Shown in pieces: positions 38,677 through 51,233 of a stretch of 64,000 bases of DNA. Position 1 is the stretch's first letter; every line of letters begins with the position of its first letter. The stretch comes from Octopus vulgaris (lineage: Eukaryota), in the NCBI GenBank assembly GCA_951406725.2, contig OX597815.1, positions 136,090,001-136,154,000 on the forward strand. The letters are read 5' to 3'. Below the pieces are notes generated by a model that saw only the letters and a program-made list of their open reading frames with translations, was not told where the DNA came from and searched no databases. The position numbers and the translations under genes are program-made.

Positions 38677-40446
38677 AATCCAAACGGGAAACAAAAAAAC
38701 AACAACAATGGAACAATTACAGTATTATTATTAATAGGCGCTCAGGAAATGGAAGCAGGGAGGTATGACGTTTCGAGCGGAGCTCTTCGTCGGAAACATA
38801 AAGAAGGAAAAGAGAGGAAAGAAAGATCCCAGAGCGGGCAACGGGGATAGAGAAAAAAAAACGACTGGTGTTTAGGTGTTACACATGGTGAAAGGCGGAT
38901 GTTTACGATAACAAGAGCAAAGTGGGTTTTTAAAGGCAAAAGAGTGGAGACAAGGTTGGTAACGCAACAGATGTGTGTGTATGTGTGAGTGTGTGCGTGT
39001 GCGTGTGTGTATGTGTGTGTGTGAGGCGAGATAAAAAAACAAAAAATATATGTATGTGTTAGTGTGTGCGTCTGTGTGTAGGCGTGTGAGGTAGGGCGAG
39101 ACGGTGGTCAGCATAGCAGTAGCATAGCAGACAAAGGTCAGTAGTAAGAAAAGGAAGGAAGGAGGAAGGGAGGGAGGGGAAGGGGTGGGGGCGTATGTAG
39201 CGTGCCAGCGTGTGTTGAGTAGTAGTGTGTGTGTGTGTCCAGTGTCGTGGTAGTATTAATGGCGAGTAGATTGAATGTGTGTAAGAGTAATGTATATATT
39301 TAAGCAATGTGTGTATATGTGTGCGCGTGTGTGTAACGAAAAAGGGGGGGTTTAGGAAAAGGACTCCAGCTGAGGGGAAGATGGAAGAGTGGTCCCGCGG
39401 AGACGGGCGTGGGAAAACCCAACGACAAGCGACGATCCCAGGAACGGGCGGGAGGTCTCGTCGGGTCCAAGGGCGAGGTGCATGCGGCGCGTATGCGTGC
39501 GCGAACCCGGCGCAAGAGCGTGTGTGCGCGCGCCTGCGAGTGTGCGCGTAAGTATGTGTGTGTGTGGATGTGTGAGTGTGTCTGTGTGTATGTCTGGGTG
39601 GCAGTGTGTCCGATGAATGTATGTGAGTATGTGTGTATATATGTGTGTGCATAGATGTATGTCCGTGTGTGTGTGTGTGTGTGTATGTGTATGAGTGTGT
39701 ATGTATGTACGTGTGGGTGTGGGGAAGTGTGTGTATGTGCATGTGTGTGCGCGAACATACAGGTGTGTGAGTGAGTGTGTGTGTGTATGTATGTGTGAGT
39801 GTGTATGTATGTATGTGTGTGTAGGATGCATGTATGTGTATGGGTGTATGTATGCGTGTGTGTATGTATGTATGTGTACGTGCGTGTGTGTGTGTGTATG
39901 CGTGTAGGTGTGCGCGTGTGCATGCATGCATGCATGTGCGTATGTGTGTGTGTGTGCATGTGTGTGGGTATATATGTATGTGCGTATATGTGTGTGTATG
40001 TGCGTACGTGTGTGTGTGTATGCATGTGTGTGTGTAGGTGTGTAGGCGTGTGTGTATAGGTGTATGTATGTAAGTATGTATGGGTGTGTCCGTGTATGTG
40101 TGTGTGTGTATGTATGTGTGTGTATGTAGCTGTGTGTGTGTATGTAGCTGTGTGGGCGTGTGTATATGTGTGTGTATGTAGGTGTGTGTGTTTGTGTGTG
40201 TGTGTGTATGCATGTGTATGTAGGTGTGTGTGTACGTGTGTAATGTATGTGTGTATGCGTGTGTGTGTGTACGTGTGTAATGTATGTGTGTATGCGTGTG
40301 TATGCGTGCGTGTGTGTATGTAGGTGCGTGTGTATGTGTGTGGGAGTGTAGGTGTGTGTGTGCGTGTGCGTGTTTATGTTGGTGTGTGCGTATGTGAGTG
40401 TGAGTGTATGGGTGTTTGTCATGCATGTGTGTGCGCGTGCAGGTGA

Positions 40447-40450
<4 letters not shown>
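38670..40450 (-). mobile_element. Probable Penelope-like remnant: long degenerate (CA)-rich tract, a CpG-rich island and a hammerhead motif
   Basis: Hammerhead-like core at 38763-38797 (-); low-complexity TG/CA tract at 39540-40450; boundaries uncertain. Confidence 0.4.
38763..38797 (-). ncRNA. Hammerhead-like motif (U4C variant)
   Basis: Minus strand: gttt-CCGACGA-a-gagc-tcc-gctc-GAAA-C-GTC-atac. Confidence 0.5.
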
Positions 40451-40483
<33 letters not shown>

Positions 40484-40789
40484 GAGAGAGAGATGGATGG
40501 ATGGATAGATATATAATAGATAGATAGATAAGTTTATGTATACGCGTGTATGTGTGTATGTAAATGTGTGCGTATATTAACGAATGCCATTTCGCAACTG
40601 ACCACAGGCCTTGACATGAGAGCGTCTCAGGTATGCATAATAGAAACATCTAGAATGGAGGAGAGAATGAGGGGGAGGAGATAAAAGCTAGGAGGAGGAG
40701 AGAAGAAGGAAATGAAGGAAGGGAGGAGAAATTGAAGAGGAGAGAAAGGAGGAGGAAATCAGATGAAAGATAAGAAGAAGGTGAAGAAG

Positions 40790-40877
40790 GAGAAGAAGAA
40801 GAAGAAGAAGAAGAAGAAGAAGAAGAAGAAGAAGAAGAAGAAGAAGAAGAAGAAGAAGAAGAAAAAGAAGAAGAAGA
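40790..40877. repeat. (GAA)n microsatellite
   Basis: Directly visible. Confidence 0.95.
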
Positions 40878-41451
40878 GATGTTGCTGCTGCGGATACTGA
40901 TGATGATGATGATGATGATAGTAATTAATATACTCACAACATCAACAATAATCGTAGTGACAAAAATTTAGCAACAAAACACTCTGAAGAGCAGAGCAGC
41001 TACAAAGCAACAGCAGCAGTAGCAGCGGCAGCAGCAGCAGCAGCAGCAGTAGCATGAGTAGTAGCAGTAGCAGTAGTAGTAGTAGCAGCAGCAGCAACAA
41101 CATCATCAGAAATAACGCCTACAGCAAAAACAGAACAACGAAAATAACAGAAAGGAACAAAAAAAAAAAAACGTGCCAGCAGTAACGAGATCAACCTAGG
41201 ATGCCCTGTAATAAAAATAACAGTTAGATAATAAAATAGTTTTATTAGCTTTATATGAGAACGATGTGTAACGTATGGTTCAGACATCAGTTTGGAAAAC
41301 TTCCTTTAACAGTCGTGTTATCTATACTTGCATATTCTCTTTCTCTTCCTTCCTCTCAGTCTGTTACCGTTTACTCTTTCCTTCTCAATCACCCTCTCAT
41401 AATTTGCACTATCTCTGTTTTGCTATTTCTTTCTCCACTCTGTCGATTTCT

Positions 41452-41705
41452 AACTCTTTGCTTGTTTCAGTCATTTGACTGCGGCTATGCTGGAGCACCA
41501 CCTTTAGACGAGGAAATAGACCTCCAAGACTTATTCTTTGTAAGCTTGGTACTTAGTGTATCGGTTTCTTTTGCCGAGCCGCTAGGTTACAGCATCTATT
41601 GTCAAGTGATGTTGGGGGAACAAACACAGACACACAAACATATACACATACATACATACATACATACATACATACATACATACATACATACATACATACA
41701 TACAT

Positions 41706-41760
<55 letters not shown>
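41452..41760 (-). mobile_element. 3' half of the tRNA-derived SINE with expanded (CATA)n
   Basis: cttgtttcagtcatttgactgcggctatgctggagcacc tail. Confidence 0.75.
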
Positions 41761-41764
<4 letters not shown>

Positions 41765-41856
41765 ATGTTGTGTCTGGGGAGAGTCATTTTCTTTTAGTGC
41801 CTTATAATGTAACACACTCACCGGTAAAACTTCCATTTATTTCTTATTTTTATTTT

Positions 41857-41894
41857 CCTAAAATTTTCGTTGCGTCTTGCAACCTTTTCAATAG
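41857..41894 (-). ncRNA. Hammerhead-like motif with U3-A8 compensatory core
   Basis: Minus strand: cta-TTGAAAA-g-gttgc-aagac-gcaac-GAAA-A-TTT-tag. Confidence 0.5.
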
Positions 41895-43392
41895 TTTTGA
41901 CAGAGTTACTTGTAAAAGTCAGGGAAGACCGAGTAGGAGAAAAGACGTATGTGTGTGTACACGTTGCGAGTGTGTGAGTGTGTGAGTGTGTGTGTGTGTG
42001 TGTGTAAGTGTGTGTGAGTGTGTGTGAGCATGTGCATTTATGTATGCCTGTATACATTTGTATCAACCCTTAGCAGTCATGAGGAATAAACGAACTTTAG
42101 GTTAGTTGACATACGTTAGTGACATATTTTAACTTCTAAAGGTAAATTCACTGCAGTTACCTTGGAGAAAAATATTCCCTGACATTCAGACGTGTTTCTG
42201 ACTCCTTAGCCTTCTGCAATAGAGGATACGAAAGAGAGACACCCCTAGATAGATTCTAAAGCTATAGCTTTATAATGGAACAATCAATATCTGTGACTGA
42301 TTGCGCTCGTGGACCGCCTGGTCGGAATAAACATTATTTACAGTGAGAATTAAACTAACAGAAATGAAATAAGAGCCTGTATAACTGTAGTGAAATACAC
42401 TAGAACGAAAATACAGAAAGTTCGTTTCCAAGCATCTTCTTAAATGATAAACATTCGTAAATATAAGCAAGTATCAAAACTGGAGTAGGCAGAGATGAAT
42501 CAAGAGCAACTCTTAATTCACAGCGTTACTCCAGTTACTGCAGCGGCCATGAATATTCAAAATTACACCTTTAAATTCTTGTACAAAATATTTCATAGCT
42601 TAATGCTTTACTATCACAATCAACAATCCAGTTAATTATAAATATATTACAAATGCAAATCTATTCCTTCTATCTAGTACATATAATTAAAGGAACGTCA
42701 AATTGTATTCTATTCATCTTCCATTAAATGTACTCACATGTCATTCATGATAAAAGTGATGGACCCAATAATGATTAAGTATTATCAAACCTGTAAGTTC
42801 ACACCGGTTCAATCTTAACTTGCAAAGTTTATTTTGTCTTGTTAATCACCAAATCAAGCCATTTATCTGATATTAGGTTGTAAATATTTAGAAGCTTTGT
42901 TGCAGATAACAAGTTATATTGTTGAAATTTAATCTGCACAAAACTATTAGTTTCGTCTGATATTGATTAAACTTGAATTTCTATATCAGTTAACTCATAT
43001 GAGTGATAGAAATTACACTATCGTACAATTAATGATTTAGAATTAAGGTGGTGCTCTATATTCAGATTACAAGTTTAAATAACTGACGTTTAGGTAATGC
43101 TGACCGGAGCTGACTAATGAAAAACACAAGTTCGGTTTAAAGTTGAGCAATTTCGATCATCGATAGAAACAATTTGTCAATTTACACAGAAATGAAGAAA
43201 GACTTTGGGTCACGGTTATTAGAAATTATAAACATGCAGGTAAGGAAGGACGTGAATGAGGGCGGAGTAAATACCAAAAAGCGCAGAGTCAACGTTTGGA
43301 ATGCGGTCGAATTATAGTGCACAGTAATCCCTCGCCATATCGCGATTCATCTATCGCGCACTCAGTATATCGCTGTTTTTCTGGCTAATATA

Positions 43393-43609
43393 CTCTTTAC
43401 TCTTTTTCTCTTTTACTTGTTTCAGTCATTTAACTGCGGCCATGCTGGAGCACCGCCTTTAGTCGAGCAAATCGACCCTGGGACTTATTCTTTGTAAGCC
43501 CAGTACTTATACTATCGGTTTCTTTTTGCCGAACCGCTAAGTGACGGGGACATAAGCACACCAGCACCGGTTGTCAAGCAATGCTAGGGGGACAAACACA
43601 GACACACAA

Positions 43610-43644
<35 letters not shown>

Positions 43645-43815
43645 CATATATACGACAGGCTTCTTTCAGTTTCCGTCTACCAAATCCACTCACAAAGCAT
43701 TGGTCGGCCCGGGGCTATAGCAGAAGACACTTGCCCAAGATGCCACGCAGTGGGACTGAACCCGGAACCATGTGGTTGGTTAGCAAGCTACTTACCACAC
43801 AGCCACTCCTGCGCC
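43393..43815 (-). mobile_element. tRNA-derived SINE, full length, young
   Basis: Nearly identical to the reverse complement of 62778-63205. Confidence 0.9.
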
Positions 43816-44111
43816 TATATGTAAATTTATACCGCACAGTCCACAGTATATACGGGTTTCTGCGACCAATAGGTATTTATATTTTTTTTTATTTTAATTA
43901 TTTCCGTGGGAGGTTTGGAACGTAACACCCGAGATAGTCGAGACGTTACTGTAATGTGAAAGTTACAAGACTGAATATTTATCAAATTATACCCGCTTCC
44001 AGAAGTTGCTGCCAATTGTTTCCGTGATTGTAAACGTTCTCCAACTCAGTAATATTTCAAATATTCACTACATAGCTAAGTAGATATTGCACGCCATGTA
44101 TATATATATAC

Positions 44112-44505
44112 GTGACTGTGTGGTAAGAAGCTTGCCTCCCAACTACATGGTTCGTGGTACAGTCTCACTGCGTGGCACTTTGGACAAGTGCCTTCCACTG
44201 TAGCTTCGGGCCGACCAAAGTCTTGTGAGTGGATTTGGTAGACAGAGACTGAAAGAAGCCCATCGTAAATATATATGTATATATTTGTGTGTCTGTGTGT
44301 GTGTTTGTCCCTTCACCATCGCTTGACAACAGATGTAGGTGTGTTTATGTCTCCATAATTAGCGGTTCAGCCAAAGAGAGCGATAGAATAAGTGCCAGGC
44401 TTACAAAGAATAAATTCTGGGGTCGATTTGCTCGACTAAAGGCGTTGCTCCAGCACGGCCGCTGTCAAATGACTGAAGCAAGTAAAAGACTAACAGAATA
44501 AAAGA
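44112..44505 (+). mobile_element. tRNA-derived SINE, older copy
   Basis: gtgactgtgtggtaagaagcttgc head through gactgaagcaagtaaaaga tail. Confidence 0.85.
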
Positions 44506-44540
<35 letters not shown>

Positions 44541-44949
44541 TTAGCGGTACAACAAGGCACCAATATTTACTGGAAATAGCAGTCGATACAAATACGACGC
44601 TATTGTAAAGATTCACTGCGTATGTATTGGCAAAGACGTGTGAGTGCAACAAACATGAAAAATTTGTCTTACCTCCAGTAAGAACATTAGATAAATGGAC
44701 ACCCAGAATCGGATAATGCAGTACCTAGGTTTCAGACTCTCCAAATACGTTTGTCAACGTAAATTTTATTAGTCTTCATCAGCTGTATTTACCTAGACAG
44801 TATTTCGAATGTTATCACATCAATGCTAGTATACTCGCCTGAACGATTATCCATTAACAGAACGAGAACAGTAAAAAAGTTTTCAATGAAAAAATATTGC
44901 AATACAAATGTATTACTTTCCAGTAAAATAAAGATTGAATGTGCCCTGT

Positions 44950-44968
44950 ATGCATGTATGTATGTATT

Positions 44969-45002
<34 letters not shown>

Positions 45003-45305
45003 TGTATGTATGTATGTATGTATGTATGTATGTATGTATGTATGTATGTATGCATGCATGCATGTATATCTGTATGTATGTATGTATGTATGTATGTATG
45101 CATGCATGCATGTATGTATGTATGTATGTATGTATGTATGTATGTATGTATGTATGCATGCATGCATGCATGCATGCATGTATGTATGTATGTATGTATG
45201 TATGTATGTATGTATGTATGTATGAATGAATGAATGAATGAATGAATGAATGAATGAATGAATGTATGTATGTATGTATTTATGTATGTATGCATGCATG
45301 TATGT
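44950..45305. repeat. (TATG)n/(CATG)n/(GAAT)n microsatellite
   Basis: Directly visible. Confidence 0.95.
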
Positions 45306-45369
45306 ATCTGTGAATAAATTGTCGTCTAAATTAGGCAAAAATGAAATTAACACTAACCGCTTATTTTAA

Positions 45370-46060
45370 CATATATATTTACCAAATTTGCATAAACATA
45401 TCTTGAAAAACTAAAGGGTCAAATTATTCAAGAATATTGCCATTGGCTACAACCACAGCCTCCAGACAACTTCGGAATCTCTTGCAACTTTTCTGGATAG
45501 TCTAGTTGTTGAATGTTGCCATAATCCTTGCCTTCAGTTCAGCTTTGGTGTTACAAGAATTTTTGTTGGTCTCTCGCTCAACAGCTCCCCGAATATAATA
45601 ACCAAGGAGGTTACAATCTCGGAAGTTAGATGGCCAGATGTTAGGGGTAATGTGTTCTCATGACTGGGTTCTCCTGCTTGTGTGGCATGGTGCACAGTCC
45701 TGTTGCCAGACATAAGGTCTTCCAGCAGCCACCCTCTTGACCCAGGGCCGCACTATCTCCTCCGGGCACTTTATGTAGGCCTCCGTGTTGAGTCTAAGGC
45801 CCTGTGGAAAGATGAATGGAGGCATAACAGCGCCATCACTAGTGATCACTCCAAACACAATTACGTTGACTAGATGTTTGATTTTTATCACTCTCAGTAC
45901 GTCTTCAGATTGTACAATACTCAGAGTGACACTCAAACACTCTGAAATGTTCGTATTTGGAGCTTCTGGCGTGAATGCCAAGCGATGCAGCCAGCTTGTA
46001 GTTTCCAATTATCTGGCAGAGTAGATTGCATCATGGTACTGTTTTTCTCAGAAAATCGAA
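45370..46060 (-). mobile_element. Deleted Tc1/mariner-superfamily transposase remnant (DD37D/maT-like)
   Basis: VIVFGVITSDG..PPFIF..GLRLNTEAYI...YVWQQDCAPCHTSRRTQ, followed by decayed WPSNFRDCNLLGYY..GAVERET..NTKAELKARI. Confidence 0.75.
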
Positions 46061-49000
46061 AACAAAAAATGTGCATGCACGAAAGTATCTACTACAGGAA
46101 AATTTTGCTTTATAATAAAACCATATATAAATGGCCTTGCCAAGTCTTGTTAAATCGTTTACCTTTTCATTTCTGCTTTAATCTATATTTAAGAGACAAG
46201 AAATAAAATTGACTCGATTCTCTCTTCAGAGAACAGCGGAGAAAAATTCCATCCTTCTCAACACTTTATCAAAATGAAAACTATGTGGCATTTCACCGAA
46301 AGGGACACTTGAAAAATTCAGATCATAAAAGGAATAAGCCTCATTAAAAGTCTGGTATTGTGCATTAAGATGTTTGTACCAGTCTCCCACCCTTGGAGGG
46401 AACCTCCATGCAGAATATTTCAGAATTTTCATTTCACTGTTCGTCTTTTATTGAGGTCTATAAACCAAAAAAAGACAGAAATGATACCGGAAACATTGTG
46501 TTTTAATGTACTTTTGAAATTGCCATAACCTGTCTTTTTTCATATTTCGTTGGTGGCTGTGCATCTAAAACTATTTTCCGATATGTGCTGCCTTTTCAAA
46601 ACAGTACGATTCAATTTGAATGAGATATGGCTATTATTTCTTACATGTAGATTGATTATATTGAAGTTATCTTGCTGACGCTCGTTGTATACTCAATATT
46701 CGCAGCTTTTTCTTTCTTTTCATCTATTTCCTTTTTCTTTTATTTTTCCTCTATTTCCTTTTAAGTTCCTAGTAAACCAAACTGGTAACAAAAGGTCGTC
46801 TCTCGGTTTAATCATTGCATTTATATTATTCCTTGCACATGTTATGTTCATTCAGAGTCCATAAATGAGTACGAGATTGTTTAGTCACGCTAACCGCCCA
46901 CGACTCATTACATGGACAGAAATGAAAGATAAACCGATTGAGATACAATGTACTGCAGCTGTTTCTTGAAGGTCTCGTTAATTTGTAACCAAAATTTAAT
47001 TTAAATTCATGATAATTTCACGTTCATTGGTATTTGTGATTTTAGCCTTTACATTGAATATGTTTCTTCATTTAATTTCTAAGCTACAGTTTTATTCTCT
47101 CCAGATGGTAATTTTTCCTAACATAATTTGTTAGAGAACCCATACATTAAATATCTGAAGGATTCCATTTTACATCAAGTCATCGGATTTGTTATGAGAA
47201 ATTACTTTATTAATAATACGAAATCTAAAGACAGAGTGTCTCCTTGAACGATTCTTCTGCTCATGGTTTCAAAGGAAGTTGCTTAAATGTTTGCTAATAC
47301 CATGCTTGTTTAACGCGTTATCTGTAATAATAGATAATGTGGTCGCAGATCCACAAAAGAATTTGTCAGCATGACAGTTTCTTTTGTGTCTATTGGTGCG
47401 TAATAGCGTCATATTAATGCTGTTCGATATTCGGTCGACATAAAGATTAGACTTTCTGTGTGCATCTCTTCTGCATGCGTAAGTTATGACTATCCTTCAT
47501 AAATGTATGCTACAAAATTTCATTCGGTTGAGTATCGACAGTATTTATGATTTCTGAAACTTCTATTCAAACACTATTTCCCACTTCTTTTACTCTAGTG
47601 TTTGACAGTTGTCTTTTGTTTATCAACATAATAAATGTAGCAACCACAACTCTATGAACTACGATATGAATCTGTAAAGACACGCTACACACTACATAGC
47701 CCCAGAGAAATAAAAAACAAACAAACAAACAAACAAAAGACGCATTTTATAAAATGACATAAAGAACACAGACATAGGAACAACATTAGGTCCTCTTTGG
47801 GCTTGTCATTTGCCCTTGGTAGTCTGAGAAATCTTAGAGTTGTAGGGTTTCCTCACTGATCCGATGTGACTAATCTATGAGGGCAATGATTTATAATGGT
47901 CTCCGCTTATATGCTTTTAAATTTTTAGTTAGCATGCATTCAATTTGTAAACATCCTACGACGTCCTTTTCTTTTTCTTTTCTTTCGCTTTTGTAAAGTG
48001 CCTCGTTCATCGCCCTCGGGGAAATATTATATTTATTTCTTTTATGACTACTAGAAGCGTGACAATAGCAGCAACCGAATTACTTTTTTCTTTTTCATTG
48101 CTTTTGATCGTTTATTTGTATGAAATATGTTTATAAACAACAGAAGTGATTAAAAGCAAATAAGGAAAAGTGTCGATGGCTGCTTATATCAACAAACCAG
48201 TTTAAATTTACATTTTGAGCATACTTGTATAAATATCATAATACTGGCGTTGTGGAAATAAAGTGCAAGTCCGAAAATGAAATGTAAATAGTTGCAAATA
48301 GTTAATTGTATTTGCAAAGTAAACAATTTAGCATGGTTATTTATAACTTCTCACGGCAAACGATATTTCCCTAAGGAGCCCAGTAACTATCAAAGTAGTC
48401 AGCATACATATGCACAACCAAAAACAGATTCCTTTGGCAGTCACTGGAACTGCAAGGAATAGTAGCCAATATCATCCTCAAATGTATACCATCACTGTAA
48501 CAAACTGATGTGCACGTGGGAAAATATAATCGTGGATGCACGAGAAAACGGGTTTGAAAGTTTTCTTAATAAAACACGTTGGTCAGGTTTAGCAACATTT
48601 TATTAATTTAATTTATTCATTCATTTGCAAGAGTTTATTTAGTTTATTCATTTGCAAGAGCAGTATAAAAGAGATGAAAGAGGCAGTGGTACACGAAGTG
48701 AGAAAGGAGGAAGAAGAAACATCACTAGGTGAGACAAGCTGACACTGCATTAGCCTCGCTGATTGACAGGTGAGAATGCGTGGGATAAGAGTACGTGCCT
48801 TCATTGGTCAGTTACAGTTGAGACAGTGTCACGTGACAACTTGCTTGTGCTGCCTGCTGGAGTCTCGCAGCAGGTATTTAAAAGGAAATTTGACAAGACA
48901 GTCAGTCGCCCGCTGACAATCGTTGACGTTACGTCGAAGAGGCCAGGGAACAGAAGAAAGGAGAAAGAAGACATGCACCTAACACCAGAGCTGAAGACAC

Positions 49001-49271
49001 CTCTGAAAGCGGGGTGGGCCGCCACGTCAAAACGGTAGAAGAGTAGGGGCCGAAACCGGACGTGGTTTCTCCTGATGATGTCTTGAGCTAACTGGATCAT
49101 ATAAAGGAGCTGTTGTGGTAGCAGACCACGAAACACGGTTGAAATTTCTAAGTCTTTGAATGGCAGTGATTAAACAACGTGGACTCTAAATGATTGTTCG
49201 ATTTCTTGAAACCACAAGCAAATTCAATTGAATTATACCGGGTGAGGTATAATTGCACATAGGATCAGCAG

Positions 49272-49586
49272 TTGACCTGGCTTCATAAGACAAAGTCCGA
49301 TAAACACGTCCCATTATTCAAGACTACCACAAACGACGGAAGATCTAGGATGGATACCACTAGTGCCTCTTCATACGTCAGCTCAGTGACCACTACTGAC
49401 ACCCTATATGTCAGAACTGTATTCTTGCTGAATGTCAGGGGCCTTCTAGCGTCCCACCAACGCAAAACTCCATGCCAGAGAGACTTAGTTACGTGTAATC
49501 AAGCAATATGCATGGCACTAACAGAAACACATCCGAATGCTGACATATTAGATGCTGAGATACACATACCAAAATATCTTGTATTT

Positions 49587-49627
<41 letters not shown>

Positions 49628-50700
49628 GGGGAGAGAGAAGAAAGAACACATGGTAGGGTAGAAATGTACACTCGAGACGAGGTCGCGCCTTTAGTCCTAC
49701 CGTGACACCCAAACTCAGTTTGTGACACACTTGAAGTACACATTAAGAGACTAAAATATTAATATGTAGTGCATATCACTCAGTAGATACTCCAAACCAA
49801 GGGGAGTCATTCCAAGAGAGCCTCAAAAAGATAGAAATATTAATCAACCTAGATGACAGCCTTTACATACTTCTTCTAAGAGACTTCAACCTTCCTAAAG
49901 TCTAATTGCATTTGGGTCGCATTCTTTCAGATATTTCAATGCATGAACAGAGGTAAGTCGAATCTCTGGTCAAGTTCACAAACATCCTCTCTAGAGAAAA
50001 TATACTGCTCAACCCACCAAGGGGTAAAAAATATCCTGGACTTTTGCTTCACAGATAACGCAGTGCTCATCCATAATGTTAAGGTGACACCCACGATTTT
50101 TTCGGACCACAACTAACAATGTATGGTCCGCAGAGTACTGCAGACATGCAGACTACTAGAAGCACCCAACTCCTCTCCAGTCTGAACTTTCATAAAGCTG
50201 AGTAGAAGGGTACTGTGGAAGAGGTCACGGAATAAAACAGGTCTACTAGCCTCCCTACGCAAGATATTGATATAAAGCTACACAACTTTGAGAATCATGC
50301 ATGACATATGCGGTACGTTTGCTCCAGAGAGAATGTGAAACCAACAGGAAAAACCTTTTCCTAGGGATAGGAGGATTCTAATGAAACGACAAACAAAGAT
50401 CTCAAACCGTGTAAGCGGTCTACTGAAGGATAACGGAAAATCCTGAAACAAATACTACTTGAGATTGAAAGTAAACTAAAACACCCCTATAAAAAGAAGG
50501 CAAAGAAAGAAGCCAGAGCTGTAGAAAATGTAAAGACAAACCCTAAAGTTTTTATAGATTTGCAAAAGAGCCCTTTCATTACGGTAAAAATAGCGTCCAC
50601 TGTTCGAAGAATGTGACTCACAGACTACAGACCTCCACAGGATATGTGAAATACTGAATGTGCAATACAAAAGTGTTTTCACAAATCTGTTGGGTCATTT
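49272..50700 (+). mobile_element. Degenerate CR1-type LINE ORF2 N-terminus (APE endonuclease)
   Basis: FLLNVRGL, ALTETH, DFNLP, ILDFCFT, SDHN, NPKVF motifs in order, with many disruptions and a (GA)n expansion. Confidence 0.7.
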
Positions 50701-50707
50701 GCAAATA

Positions 50708-51130
50708 ACTTCCCCGTACATACGGACAAAACGATAAAAGCTAATAAACCGGATATTATTATAAAAGATCGGCGAAAGAACATGATCAGTAAATATAAAG
50801 GCGGCTACAGTACCAGTGATTGTAGGATCTCTAGGAATGATAAAAAAAAGGTACTGAAACCTATTTCAAAATGATACCAGGCTTACCATCCCTACAGGAA
50901 GGGCAAAATATCGTGTTAACTGGAACGGATCATGTACTGAGAAGAGCATTATCGCTGTGAAAACAATATCCATTCATGAATTTATTTATTTATTAAATTT
51001 TTTAAATACATATTTTACCTGTGAATTTGCGTGTGTAATCTGGGAATGCATACAATGAGCTTCTCTGGCCTAGGTGTACGGAAAACACTCGGCAAGAAAT
51101 GGAAGGAAAATTGAAGAAAGAAGGAAAATA
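50708..51130 (+). mobile_element. Older deleted R4/Dong-like 3' end
   Basis: FPVHTDKTIKANKPDII; the 3' UTR acactcggcaagaaatggaag is shared with 52490-52520; followed by (TAA)n. Confidence 0.8.
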
Positions 51131-51157
51131 ACAATAATAATAATAATGATGATGATG

Positions 51158-51221
<64 letters not shown>

Positions 51222-51233
51222 GCTGCTGAGTTG

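Noticed and set aside
39059-40426. 455-aa and 356-aa His/Thr-rich ORFs
   Set aside because: Translations of degenerate (CA)n that lack stops by composition; no domain content
49050-49085. gaaacc...ggtttctcCTGATGA as a permuted hammerhead
   Set aside because: No room for helix I and no convincing helix II
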